Assembly (NCBI RefSeq): GCF_001194135.2
Contig: NC_068981.1
Coordinates: forward strand, 28,530,864-28,594,863
Length of the DNA: 64,000 nt
Origin: Octopus bimaculoides
Taxonomy: Eukaryota
Reading direction: 5' to 3'
Positions 12,613 through 25,205 of the stretch are shown piece by piece (the first letter of the stretch is position 1; each line of letters begins with the position of its first letter). The notes under the pieces were generated by a model that saw nothing but the letters and a program-made list of their open reading frames with translations, was not told the DNA's origin and searched no databases. The translations under genes and the position numbers were made by a program.

Positions 12613-13243
12613 TATATAAAAATATTGTGTACTGAAATCCAAAATTTAGAGTTTCTTTGTATAATATTCAATGTAAGAATAATTAATATGCTAATATTAA
12701 TTAATCCCGCGCTGAGAAAAACACAATACTAATCAATGAAGCATGATGTTTTAATTACTTTCGCAAGCGCGGGAGATAACTTCGAGCAGGTTTTAATCAT
12801 TCTATTGTCCTATATAGCTAAGCGATGTCTATATCCGTTACTTCATGTGCATATAGTAGAAGCAGTAGAGTGTTTCTTACATTCAGCCAAATATGAAATT
12901 CTAGCTAAGCTTTACAGAGAAATAACTGTCATTCAGACAGTCGAACAGAGACTGCAGCATAACGTAGTGACCCTAGTCCGTCGCACAGAACATAGGATCC
13001 ATACCACAAGAAGACAATATGCTTCATCGAGGTCACTAGATTCGCAAAAAATACCAGTAAACTTCCTTCAAATCATGTCCTACCGTTTTAAAATAGCGAG
13101 GAAATATTGGATAAGGTGTTCGTAGATCTATATAAATGGATAAATAGTCTGCTTGGAAGAACACATTTAAGTTGCTTCAGTTATTGGGAGATAGATAGAC
13201 AGAAACAGAGAAAACACTCAGACAGACAGATAGACAAATAGAC

Positions 13244-13246
<3 letters not shown>

Positions 13247-13303
<57 letters not shown>
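13247..13303. repeat. (GATA)n microsatellite
   Basis: Seen directly. Confidence 0.95.
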
Positions 13304-13306
<3 letters not shown>

Positions 13307-15934
13307 CATTACTCTTTCTTCAATATATTGCACATGATATTGTATTGGGCAATTTGCGGAATCGCACTAGTATTTTCTGGACCGATGCCGTAAGCGAGTA
13401 CAAGCAATCTTTTAGGTAGCACATTATTCAATATCTTAAATCCATTTTTGATCGATGTAATTCGTGGAGAAATCAGTGACGTAATAATTCCCTCTATAAT
13501 CTTCTAGTATCCTGGTTTAAATTTTGTCTTAAAACCCATTCACCATATACTATTCATTGTAGTTCCACTCATTTCTAATTAACTACATTCGCAAAAAAGC
13601 TACCTGTACTCTTTCAGTACTGGATTGGTTGAATCCCCTGATTGAGTTGATCCCACAAACATGTGGTTGTAAACAAAAACTTTAAATTGTGCAACATTTC
13701 TCTACCCTTTTAATATACTGGAAAAATTTAATGATAAATTTGGAGTCTCCGGCTCAACTAGCTCGGTACCGTTGACTGAAACTGCAGCAGAACATAAAAC
13801 ATATTTAGATGTAGAAGTATCTGAGAAAGACCAAACAATACTTTTCAGGTAATATTATTCAATCACAAGCCCCGTCGTTGTAGCTAGCAATAGAGAATAA
13901 GGCATATTCTCATGTGGAATTCGAGCTGTCTCATCCGAGCAAAATTCGCAAAATGTATTTCAGAAACAAGACGTCAAATATAGTTCACTGATGAGATGAT
14001 TGCATTTAATGTATCCGCGTTTATAAGATACTTTTTACTCCAATCATTATTGAAATTAAAGGACATACTGTCGTGTGGCTTTGGTTAAATAGATCTTGAT
14101 ATATTGCTTCCCCATAATAAAACCAACTCCAATGTTCTTTAAATAACATTTATTTTTACAGAAGTGCATCAATGTATGCATGATTATATAGTTGACCCCC
14201 AGTAATGTATTGTGATATACTAGAAGCAAATGTAATTCATAGTTATATTGATAATAATAAAGATTAGCTTCGCGTGAGAGGCGAGAAAATGCTTTGTTCT
14301 TCAGAGTCGACAATTCTTGTAACTACAATCGTAAAACTTGTTACTGTAATCTTTCTGAACTGGATTGGTTGAAATTCCTGCTTGAGTTGATTCCAAAAAC
14401 CAGGGAGACTTGTTTGTTTAAAGGGCTTGTTGTCTGTGCAACCTGTGTGGAACTCTACCTTGATTTTGATTAATAATTCCTTTAAACACATGACGAACAG
14501 CGGCCAAAAATCCTGTGTTCTATCTTCTCTGGAGCCTCCTGAACCTCTGTGCTCATTTTTCCGCGCTTTCGCTTTTAACACTTTCTTTCACGCGAAAATA
14601 TGTGGAACATGATAGAATATTCTATAATATGGGGTGATATTTCTGCCAGCTAATTGGTTGATATTGAGGATACGTCACCTAATCTGTGGACTGATCATAG
14701 TTACTAATGCTGTAAAGATTTAATTCTCGGTTCCGCTGTGTAGGTTATATATAGTAAACAATCTAGTATCAGGAATATCCGAATTTCGGGTTTTAGTAAA
14801 TAGAAAGTCGTACTGCAGGCTCCATATTCAATATAAACATCAAGACTATAATGACGTATAGTATCACTTTGATAGAATATATGGTATCAATATCTATGAG
14901 CAAAATAGATCTGAACTTGCTACACCCGCCTATCACACACTACTTACACTTGTCTTTTCCTTTTGCTTTGGCTCCAACATCTTTCTTTGTAATCTTGACA
15001 CGAAGAAGATTAAAAATTACAGAGAACAATAAACCCTCTCTGGAAGGGAATATATATACATATATTTTTAAATTAGATATTAGTTTGATAATCCGTTAGA
15101 CAGGATGCTGCTATGCCTGAAGTTTACTGTATCTGACTTTATTTAATTCTCACTATCTATTAGGAGAATAAAACTATTCGTCTGACTGAAACAAATTCAC
15201 TCGTAGTTATTTAGGTATTATTTTAGAATATCCCGCACGAAAAATAAGCCCAATGTTAGCACTTAAACATTTAAGATCTTGGTTCATCACAACAAACTTA
15301 TAACAACATTCTGTGAGAGACCACTTACCCATTTTCCATGTAAATACTAAGCTCAGCAACGCAAACAATACACCGTACCAAATTAATCATATCTACTCAT
15401 AAAACACTCCTACAAATTTCCTTTGAAATAAAGCGTTATATTGTGCCCTGGCACAACACACAGGTGCATTGACATGCGTCCACATATTGTGATCACCTAT
15501 CACAAAAATTACAACTTTTCTTTAAATATTTTTAGTAGATTTTCTATGAATGTGCATACATAGATACATATACACTGATTCTTAAGCCGTTTGGCCCACA
15601 TAAGGCATAGGCTATTAACCTTTCTCCGTTATTCTCGACTCAAGGCCTTCTTTTCTGCTTTACTGAGTAAAGTCATTCATTTCACAAGTCTTGTTGGTTC
15701 TGAATAGTCATCGATGTTTCTATAAGTTTGCCGTATTTATAGGTAAAAGTCTTGCCCCTACACAAACCCATTTTTATCTCTGGAAGTAGGTAGTCTATAG
15801 TTGTATGAACTCTTTCCTTTGATACGTCCGCATGGAAGAGCCCCTTCTAGAAGCTTGCTCGCTGCTGGCATAATTCTGATGTCACTGTGGCTCACCAACA
15901 ACCTCACCGCAGCAAGGAATTGACCTTGAGGTTG

Positions 15935-16012
<78 letters not shown>

Positions 16013-16014
16013 AC

Positions 16015-16050
<36 letters not shown>

Positions 16051-16984
16051 AACACATACGTAAGTATATGCGACTAAGAGTTCTACCTATTTTTCTGTTG
16101 TGCACACCTTGCGTACTGTGTAAGACGTTTATCATATTACAAAATGTTCTGATTAATGTACGCTTAAGCACAATTCTTATGTCTAAAATCACAGCCGATT
16201 TATTTCTGTGAACTGGAACCCAGCAAAAGAAAATAAGAATTTTCTTTATTTTTATCAACACGGGAAAATAACATGAAATGCTCAGAATCAATACAAAATG
16301 ACAGAAGTGGGCTCAGCAATAAACACTGATACATGCGATAAAAGAAATAAAAACATACACATTACAAGAGAGAGAAAGAGAAAGAGGAGAGAGAGAGGGA
16401 AGAGAGAGAGAGAGAGAGACAGGCAGACAGACAAAACCTACATATCGAAGAGATAAACAGATCCAGTAAAAGAGAACGAATCTTACACATGGAACATTGA
16501 AATGTGCACCTTATGAATGCACAATATTTAAGCGCGCACTAAAGTGCTGTATTTTCATTTATTTCTCATAAAAAAAAAAACGAAAATACAATTTCTAACA
16601 AAGTATGCGTGTCCGCATTACATGCCAGAAATGTGGTCAAATCTCCATAGAATCGCATTTTACCGTATTTCCCAGAGAAGGTTTATTCGATGTGGAGTTG
16701 AATAAGTTATTTACATATTTTAGTTAGATTGGTAGAAAAGAGTGAGAAAGGCACCTTGAAACCGAAACCAATTAATTGACCAGAATCCTTTCAGCAGAGA
16801 TGGCCACGGGAAGGCACTGAAGTTTAGCCTGTCATATGATTAAAACGGGTGATGGATTAAGTGTACCAGTCATGAAATCCATGGTGGGATTCGAACTAAA
16901 CCTTATTCATAAATTTAAATACGAAAGTCAGATGTGGGTTACTACGAAGAATATAGAACATTGATTGGCTACGTCACAAACGAC

Positions 16985-17315
16985 CAGAGAATGGTCTATG
17001 CTAGGAATACCATTACGTGGTCATATTCGAAATGAGATAATTCGAGAACGGAGAGGAGTGAAGGGTATGATCGCAAAGTAGCGAAAGCAAAAGTTTCACT
17101 GGGTCCGACATGTTGTAAGGTTCACAGACAAGAGATGGACGGGTAGAGTTGAGAGTGGTATCCAAAGGATCAGAAAAGACCATTGGGAAGACCGCCACAA
17201 CGATGGAAAGATGATTCAGATAAGCAATTTTGGTAAAGATGGAAATGAACGGTGCAATCGTGACAGAATTAGAAGTTCACCGTGACCAGCACCTGATGGT
17301 CTGGTCGATATTGTG
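16985..17315 (+). mobile_element. RTE-clade LINE 3' fragment (pseudogenised)
   Basis: Translates to SMLGIPLRGHIRNEIIRERRGVKGMIAK*RKQKFHWVRHVVRFTDKRWTGRV.EWYPKDQKRPLGRPPQRWKDD, the typical RTE post-RT C-terminal motif set (HIRNE, W.GH, KRP.GRPP.RW.DD), with a stop and frameshifts. Confidence 0.85.
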
Positions 17316-17382
17316 ATATATATATAAATATACACACACATATATGTATACACACATACATTCACACACACACACTCACTCT

Positions 17383-17423
<41 letters not shown>

Positions 17424-17438
17424 ACGCACATATATATA

Positions 17439-17488
17439 TAGGAGTGGCTGTGTGGTAAGTAGCTTGCTTACCAACCACATGGTTCCGG
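17439..17488 (+). mobile_element. Family A SINE head only, truncated at a palindrome
   Basis: aggagtggctgtgtggtaagtagcttgcttaccaaccacatggttccgg matches the heads at 36570 and 39279. Confidence 0.8.
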
Positions 17489-18546
17489 TTTTGTATTTAT
17501 TTAAAGTTAACATATGTTAACTTTAAATAAATACAAAACTGTAATTGTTAGTCTCTCGCACAATAAAATATACAAACTAATTAAGGAAAAGCACCGTAAA
17601 ATATTCGCTTCTGTTTGATGATGGCTGTATCCATGTAAAATTTTGGAAACGTCAATTGATGATTTCTCCCTTCTCAAATCGATGATGGCTGCCGTTTAAA
17701 TTTAATCTATGATCCGAGATTTTGTGAAGCTGGCATCAGTTGAGAAAATTCCTTTGGAACAGTTGCTATACGACCGAGAATCATTAGCATATTGATATCT
17801 AAGGCAAACACATTTAACCAGATGTGTTGAGTACTGTCTCTTAACGAGGATCTCACACTTGTAAACAGTAAACATTTAAAAGGACGTATAGTGTTGGCTA
17901 AAAATTACCGATATGTGTTTTTGTATTATGTAACAAAGAAAGAAAACATTATAAATGCACTCTTTTACGTCTTTCAGCATAAGGGTTGTGGCTATGCTTC
18001 GGCACTGCCAGTTATCACCACCTTTTGAATGGCCATTTTAGTGAAGGATGGAGTTCGATATTGCTACCCTCATTTGAGTGATTTGGTCTGATGTAAGTTC
18101 ACTGGGACTTTGGACAATAGAACTTCAAGCTGCTTGCTGTAAACATCTACACTTGATATATTCAGATCTAGATGCACTGGCAGCATGCTATTGAAACTAG
18201 CTGTCAAGAAGCATTTGTAACTTTTCCCGGAGATTTGATTTAAGTTCTTATCCGTGGTAAGTTTGTAAGCAGCTTACTCGTGGACAGTTAGTGTTTTCCT
18301 ATTTGGCAATAAAATCCCTATACAAGGATTGAAACTCTTCCACCTGCTACTTGATTTTTCTGTTTTTGCTTACAGTAATGTATATGCAAAGGACTTCCTT
18401 ACACCTTCAACTGTACACAGAGTACTTACTATAAATCTTAAGATATATTCTTTAGTATTATGATGCACTAAAACAAAAATGTTAACGAACCAGTAATTTA
18501 ATATATATATAAATTGAAATGTATAATGCATAATATACATACACAC

Positions 18547-18582
<36 letters not shown>

Positions 18583-19849
18583 NNNNNNNNNNNNNNNNNN
18601 NNNNNNNNNNNNNNNNNNNNNNNNNNNNNNNNNNNNNNNNNNNNNNNNNNNNNNNNNNNNNNNNNNNNNNNNNNNNNNNNNNNNNNNNNNNNNNNNNNNN
18701 NNNNNNNNNNNNNNNNNNNNNNNNNNNNNNNNNNNNNNNNNNNNNNNNNNNNNNNNNNNNNNNNNNNNNNNNNNNNNNNNNNNNNNNNNNNNNNNNNNNN
18801 NNNNNNNNNNNNNNNNNNNNNNNNNNNNNNNNNNNNNNNNNNNNNNNNNNNNNNNNNNNNNNNNNNNNNNNNNNNNNNNNNNNNNNNNNNNNNNNNNNNN
18901 NNNNNNNNNNNNNNNNNNNNNNNNNNNNNNNNNNNNNNNNNNNNNNNNNNNNNNNNNNNNNNNNNNNNNNNNNNNNNNNNNNNNNNNNNNNNNNNNNNNN
19001 NNNNNNNNNNNNNNNNNNNNNNNNNNNNNNNNNNNNNNNNNNNNNNNNNNNNNNNNNNNNNNNNNNNNNNNNNNNNNNNNNNNNNNNNNNNNNNNNNNNN
19101 NNNNNNNNNNNNNNNNNNNNNNNNNNNNNNNNNNNNNNNNNNNNNNNNNNNNNNNNNNNNNNNNNNNNNNNNNNNNNNNNNNNNNNNNNNNNNNNNNNNN
19201 NNNNNNNNNNNNNNNNNNNNNNNNNNNNNNNNNNNNNNNNNNNNNNNNNNNNNNNNNNNNNNNNNNNNNNNNNNNNNNNNTATATGTATGTATGTATGTA
19301 TGTATGTATAAATATATATAATTGTTTTGTATATTTTGCATATTATTTATTTATTGCTTATTTATTTGTTGGATTGATGAAAGTTGTTGAAGAATAGAAG
19401 GAAGTCTATAGAATAGAAGCAGTTGGTCGATGGAGCGATTGGCGTCAGAAGAGATTTTATATTGTTTGTTAAAATGTACGTGCTATTGTTTAAGTTGTCG
19501 ATGTGATTATTTATTTAAAATGTCTGGAAGTATGATACTTACTGAATAATCCTCATGTGCATCTACTTTTATATTTTTGTGCTAGTATATATATGGTTGA
19601 TTATAAGGGTAAAACCGATGAATGGGAGAGCATCGGATATACTTCTTTCTTGCATGTATTCAAGTGATTTTATAAACTGAGTTCAAGTTACACCATAGTC
19701 AAGAATGCTTTATGAGAATGCTTTATATTTCTCTGCAATTGGTTAATATACCACCAGTCTAGTATGGGAAACCAGTTAAAATCGTGTCTTTGTGCTCATG
19801 TTTGGAAAGGATGTATAATTGGGGGCAACGTTAGCAGGTATACTTTACT

Positions 19850-20273
19850 AATCTAAGCACAAGGCCTGAATTTTAGATCGACACCAGTATGCAACTGGTA
19901 CTGAATTTATCGACCCCGAAAGGATGAAAAGCAAAGTTGACCTCGGCGGAATTTGAACTCAGAACGTAAAGACAGACGAAATACCGCTAAGCATTTCGCC
20001 TGGTGTGCTAACGTTTTTCTTTCTTTACTGCCCATAAGGGGCTAAACATAGAGGGGACAAACAAGGACAGACAAAGGGAGTAAGTCGATTACATCGACCC
20101 CAGTGTGTAATTGGTACTTAATTTATCAATCCTGAAAGGATGAAAGGCAAAGTCGACCTCGGCGGGATTTGAACTCAGAACGTAAAGACAGACGAAATAC
20201 CGCTAAGCATTTCGCCTGGTGTGCTAACGTTTTTCTTTCTTTACTGCCCATAAGGGGCTAAACATAGAGGGGA
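19850..20273 (-). mobile_element. Head-to-tail tandem family B SINE copies (216-bp period)
   Basis: The same junction gtgctaacgttt|ttctttctttactgccc occurs at about 20015 and 20231; the array runs into an N gap. Confidence 0.85.
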
Positions 20274-20998
20274 NNNNNNNNNNNNNNNNNNNNNNNNNNN
20301 NNNNNNNNNNNNNNNNNNNNNNNNNNNNNNNNNNNNNNNNNNNNNNNNNNNNNNNNNNNNNNNNNNNNNNNNNNNNNNNNNNNNNNNNNNNNNNNNNNNN
20401 NNNNNNNNNNNNNNNNNNNNNNNNNNNNNNNNNNNNNNNNNNNNNNNNNNNNNNNNNNNNNNNNNNNNNNNNNNNNNNNNNNNNNNNNNNNNNNNNNNNN
20501 NNNNNNNNNNNNNNNNNNNNNNNNNNNNNNNNNNNNNNNNNNNNNNNNNNNNNNNNNNNNNNNNNNNNNNNNNNNNNNNNNNNNNNNNNNNNNNNNNNNN
20601 NNNNNNNNNNNNNNNNNNNNNNNNNNNNNNNNNNNNNNNNNNNNNNNNNNNNNNNNNNNNNNNNNNNNNNNNNNNNNNNNNNNNNNNNNNNNNNNNNNNN
20701 NNNNNNNNNNNNNNNNNNNNNNNNNNNNNNNNNNNNNNNNNNNNNNNNNNNNNNNNNNNNNNNNNNNNNNNNNNNNNNNNNNNNNNNNNNNNNNNNNNNN
20801 NNNNNNNNNNNNNNNNNNNNNNNNNNNNNNNNNNNNNNNNNNNNNNNNNNNNNNNNNNNNNNNNNNNNNNNNNNNNNNNNNNNNNNNNNNNNNNNNNNNN
20901 NNNNNNNNNNNNNNNNNNNNNNNNNNNNNNNNTATATATAGGTGTGTGAGAGAGTTGGTATGTGAAAGCATGTGGTTAGATGTATAAAAAAACAAGAT

Positions 20999-22137
20999 AG
21001 AATGAAAAAACTAAAGAAGGTTGTATTATATGGTTAAAATATATATTAAAATCGTCATATTAGAAAAATGTTATAACATTTTGTGTATAGTGACATTGTT
21101 TTTGGAGAAATAACCGGTTTCGCATTTTCTTTTTCAATTTCTCAAATCTATTTACCGATGTTGTGACATCTATCCCTTATGGTGTGATTGTATAAGAGTT
21201 CTAACAGGAGGAGGTAACTAGGCATTTTTGGGGGGTATAAGGGAGATGATCAAAAATATTGGGAATGATTAGGTTTTGTTAATCAAACATGATTTGGTTT
21301 TGATAGAATAAAATGTTACAAATGGTTAAGTTTTGGTTTATATTTTCCAATGAAGTAGGTTTCCTTATTTTATCTATCTTGTGGTGGTATTCCAATGGAA
21401 CATTAATAAAATGGAAAGATTACAAATTGTTGGAATACACTCTGCTGCCGTTGGCAAAATCAAATCTAACTTTACTTGTGCCTCGGAAAACCTGATTTAT
21501 GTTATAAAATGCTCGGGCTACCGCCAAAACTACATAGGGTCCACAGAATTATCACTCAGACGCAGATGCCCTCTGCACCGACAGCAGATTGCATTCGCAG
21601 AATACAGAATGATACCCTTTAGTTAACACATTGACAGATGTACAAAACAGCGGCAACTACAATTTCTAATCTTTCCATTTTATCAATGTGCCTTTGGAAC
21701 ACCAACACAAGTTAGATTAAATAAGGAAACTTACTTCATTAAAAATATACGCCAAACTTAACCATTTCTAGCATTTTTAAATAAAGAAACTTACCTCATT
21801 GAAAAATATAAACAAAAACTTAACCATTCCTACCATTTTATTCCATCAAAACTAAATCGTGTTTAATTAATAAAACCTAATCATTCCCAACATTTTTGAT
21901 TATCTCCCTTATACCGAAAAAATCTCCTTGTTCGAACTCTTATACATTACAGCATAAGGAATAGATGTCACAACATCAGTATAGAAATTTGAGAAATTTT
22001 GAAAGAAAATTCGAAGCCAGTTATTTCTCCAAAAACAATGTCACAAAACTCAAAATTTTATAACATTTTTCTAACGTGACGATTTTAATATATTTTTTAA
22101 CCATATAATACAAACCTTCTTTAGTTTTTTTCATTCT
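20999..22137 (+). mobile_element. Penelope-like element 3' end with an inverted 5' copy of its terminal repeat
   Basis: 20999-21432 is the diverged reverse complement of 21654-22137. The spacer and right arm encode a GIY-YIG endonuclease remnant. Confidence 0.85.
21459..21772 (+). pseudogene. GIY-YIG endonuclease domain remnant of a Penelope-like element
   Basis: IKSNFTCASENLIYVIKCSGYRQNYIGSTELSLRRRCPLHRQQI...PFS*HIDRC...IFPFYQC...RLNKETYFIK. This fits the PLE pattern FTC.S.NLIY.I.C..C...YIG.T..L..R..H and R..KE..FI; one in-frame stop at 21624. Confidence 0.85.
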
Positions 22138-22189
22138 GTTTTGTCTATATATATATATATATGTATAACTTGTATTATGAGAATGCCGA

Positions 22190-23050
22190 TGCAAGGTGCG
22201 GTTGATACAGTTAATATTCCTCTCGGGCAATTTCAAGATGATAGCTGCAAATGATACATAGAGTGGGGTGGAATAATATAGCAACGATATTCTGAACAGA
22301 AGAGTTACGCAAAAGAAGTTTTTGCGAAATGGTTGATGGGGTGAGAAAATAAAAGACAAATTTGTTGGACGGGTTTCATTGGCAACGAAACAAGTGAAGC
22401 TAGATTCAAGGAGTACAGGCTATCGATTTAATGATAAAAATGGTAAAGTTAATATCTTTTGGGAAAAGCACTTCATGACGTATTTTTGAGGGCGTAGTCT
22501 CAGTTATCGTTATGTGGAGCAGTAACATCGTCATAAATGTGGTATTAATACCCCACTGTTGGTCACATCTGAGCTTTGTAAAGGTCTCGAAATTGTTGGG
22601 GAGGTTGAAGTAATTTCTGAAGAAAATGAGTAGTTTTTATACTTTGAGCATGTGATATTATCAGAGGGGATCTTCACAAATGGTGAAACTTCTAGCATTT
22701 GTAGAGAGCTTAAGGTTTCAGATGGTCTTGTTCATAGTTAGTCGTGAGGGTTGGAGTGACACTGTTTTTTTTTGCTTGTGCAGGGATTGCGTCTTTATGC
22801 AATTACAGAGAAGTTTACATGTGGAAGGTGCTTATGCGTGAAAGCTGGGGACGAATGGTTGGAATATCTGCACAGGATGAGGCGTTCTTTGAGGTGACGC
22901 TGAGGTCGCAGATGTATCAGAGGAAGTTTGTGATGACAGAAGCAAAACTCAGATTACACCAGAGCTGACAGAATGTGTGTGAAAGTATGTCTCTATCACA
23001 CGCGTTGACGGTGAGATCTGGTAAAACACTTCCAATACAAGTGGTAGATA
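22190..23050 (-). mobile_element. Possible heavily decayed retroelement (PLE-like) fragment
   Basis: Compositionally distinct block. Only weak motif remnants on the - strand (ESSFTC; REE..YQ..TL). Family not established. Confidence 0.25.
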
Positions 23051-23889
23051 ATATGCCTTGTAATAGATATGAATAGAAGTTATATCATTTTATACTAACA
23101 AATTTTATCATAATCTGCAATGAAATATTAATTGATCTATTTTGAGGTCTAATATTCGGTGAAACAATTAATCATTTATGCATGTAATAAAATAATATAT
23201 TCCAATATTGAATATAAAGGATACTTGCAACGCACAATTTAGATCAAATTTTACTGCAACAATGTTCCCCTCCTGAATTCATTTATTATTTAACCACTTA
23301 CAAAAGTAAACGTGATATGCCACCCCGCCCGATACAAAACTTAGTCCTTGCATATCTGTTTTTTCCATGTTATCTTCGTTACAAATATTCAAGCCAAAGT
23401 TACTAACCCCCCCCCCCCCCNNNNNNNNNNNNNNNNNNNNCCCCCACGCAATCACTGACGTGCAAGTGTCCTGCCCATCTGCCGTATTAATCGCACTATT
23501 TTAGAAGGACCTGCAAATGTCATGCTGACCCCCACCACAAACAAAAGCCCCAAATGTTGTGTTCTTGTACTTTTAGTTTAGGTTCGTCCATGTAACAATA
23601 ATTGATTGTTTAAAATTGAAGTAATTTTGCACAGTTGAAAGTTCAAAGTGCAGTGAGGTTAAATGAGTGTTTATTTGCTGGTGAAAACTCGATATCAGCC
23701 GTAAATTATTAGAATAAAGTACACCAGTCTTTCGGTATATACTTCACTATATCCCCATACTAACTTGCTTTAATTATTTTATTCTTAATTGTGACGAGAG
23801 AGCAAGAAGAAATAAAGGTAGAATGTCAAACTAAATATTTTTGCATATATAATAAATATAATGACTATATAGTCTATTCCTGCAAGGTA

Positions 23890-24097
23890 TGAGGTGTCAG
23901 AATCGTTAGCACACCGGGCAGAATGCTAAGCGGAATTTTGTCCATCTTTACTTTTTGAGCTCAAATTTAGCCGAGATCTAGTTTACCTTCCATGCTTTCG
24001 TGGTCGATAAAATGAATGCCGGTGGAGCACTGGGCTCAAATAAATCGAATAGCAACTTCATTTCAAAATTTCAGTCCTTGTCCTATAGAAGAAAAAA
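23890..24097 (+). mobile_element. Family B SINE, diverged
   Basis: cagaatcgttagcacaccgggcagaatgctaagcgg ... ccatgctttcgtggtcgataaaatgaa ... tttcagtccttgt. Confidence 0.8.
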
Positions 24098-24515
24098 TGT
24101 GATACAGTCGAATATTCCTCAATGTTTTCAGTTACATTTTTTTTTCTAAGCATGAAATTAAGTATATTTTTATGCGGTACAAATCTAAAATATAATATAT
24201 TTGAATTAGAATAATGGAGTATCAATGGCTAAGTTCAAATAAAACTAGCAATAGTGGCTACTCAACTGTTTGGGGTCTGTATCGTAGCTGCTCATCGCCT
24301 CCACCCAATATCTATTCTACTGGTGAGCATATTCATTTACACACATATAGATACTCAGTTTCTGATATTTTCCCTTTCCATCTTCACTTCGAAGGGTGCT
24401 ACTTTTCAGTATCAGTTAGCTGCACACTTTCCCTATGTAGGGGTATGTCACAGCCTTTGTCTCTTTTGCCGTCCTCATTGTGTATCCTATACCCGGTTTA
24501 AAAACTTCACTCAGT

Positions 24516-24559
<44 letters not shown>

Positions 24560-25150
24560 ACTCTTTGAATTCCCTTCCCGTTTAGGGCATTCCTGCAAAC
24601 ATAGACCTGTTAAATGTTCAGAATAGGCAGATGTCGTACTGCAAAGTTGATGGTCACTAACCTTCGTTATCTGATTAATTTATACAAAAGTGAAGTATTA
24701 GAAAAATACTAAGTGGGTACCTCATATTATTTTGTTATATATGCAGCAATTTACGTAGGTTTTGATTTTGAATTCCATCACAGACAAAGTTTGCCTTTCA
24801 TCCTTCTGGAATCAATGTAAGAAGTATAAATTAGTTTCTAGAACTAAGTTTCAAAACCTATCTTCCCATGAAACTTTTTACCTACATAAGAAATCATTTG
24901 TTTTATAGTCTTGAGGATATCTGTTTCGACAGAAACGTTACAGCGTCATATAGATAGTGGTTTTCGCCATTTATATATATCCTTTTAAATTCTAAATTCC
25001 ATGTTATCAGTGGTTTACTTAATCTTGCACTCCACTAGGTAGATAAAATAAACATTATATAATAATTTATCTAAGTTAAATCAAAGAAAGCCCGAGCCGA
25101 GCTTCAAAATTCCAAATGCGTGTGCTCTTGTAAAGAACGAATAAATTTTG

Positions 25151-25205
<55 letters not shown>

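Noticed and set aside
12736-13125. 129-aa ATG-initiated ORF, the longest non-repeat ORF in the window
   Set aside because: No recognisable motif, splice signal or codon pattern. A few ORFs of this length are expected by chance in 64 kb; a BLASTP hit would change this.
15758-15935. - strand open frame GQFLAAVRLLVSHSDIRIMPAASKLLEGALPCGRIKG... next to (CA)n
   Set aside because: Weak acceptor, no homology recognised, and a short open frame; could not be supported as an exon.
23407-23445. Poly-C tract around a 20-N gap (G-quadruplex potential)
   Set aside because: True length and sequence are unknown because of the gap.
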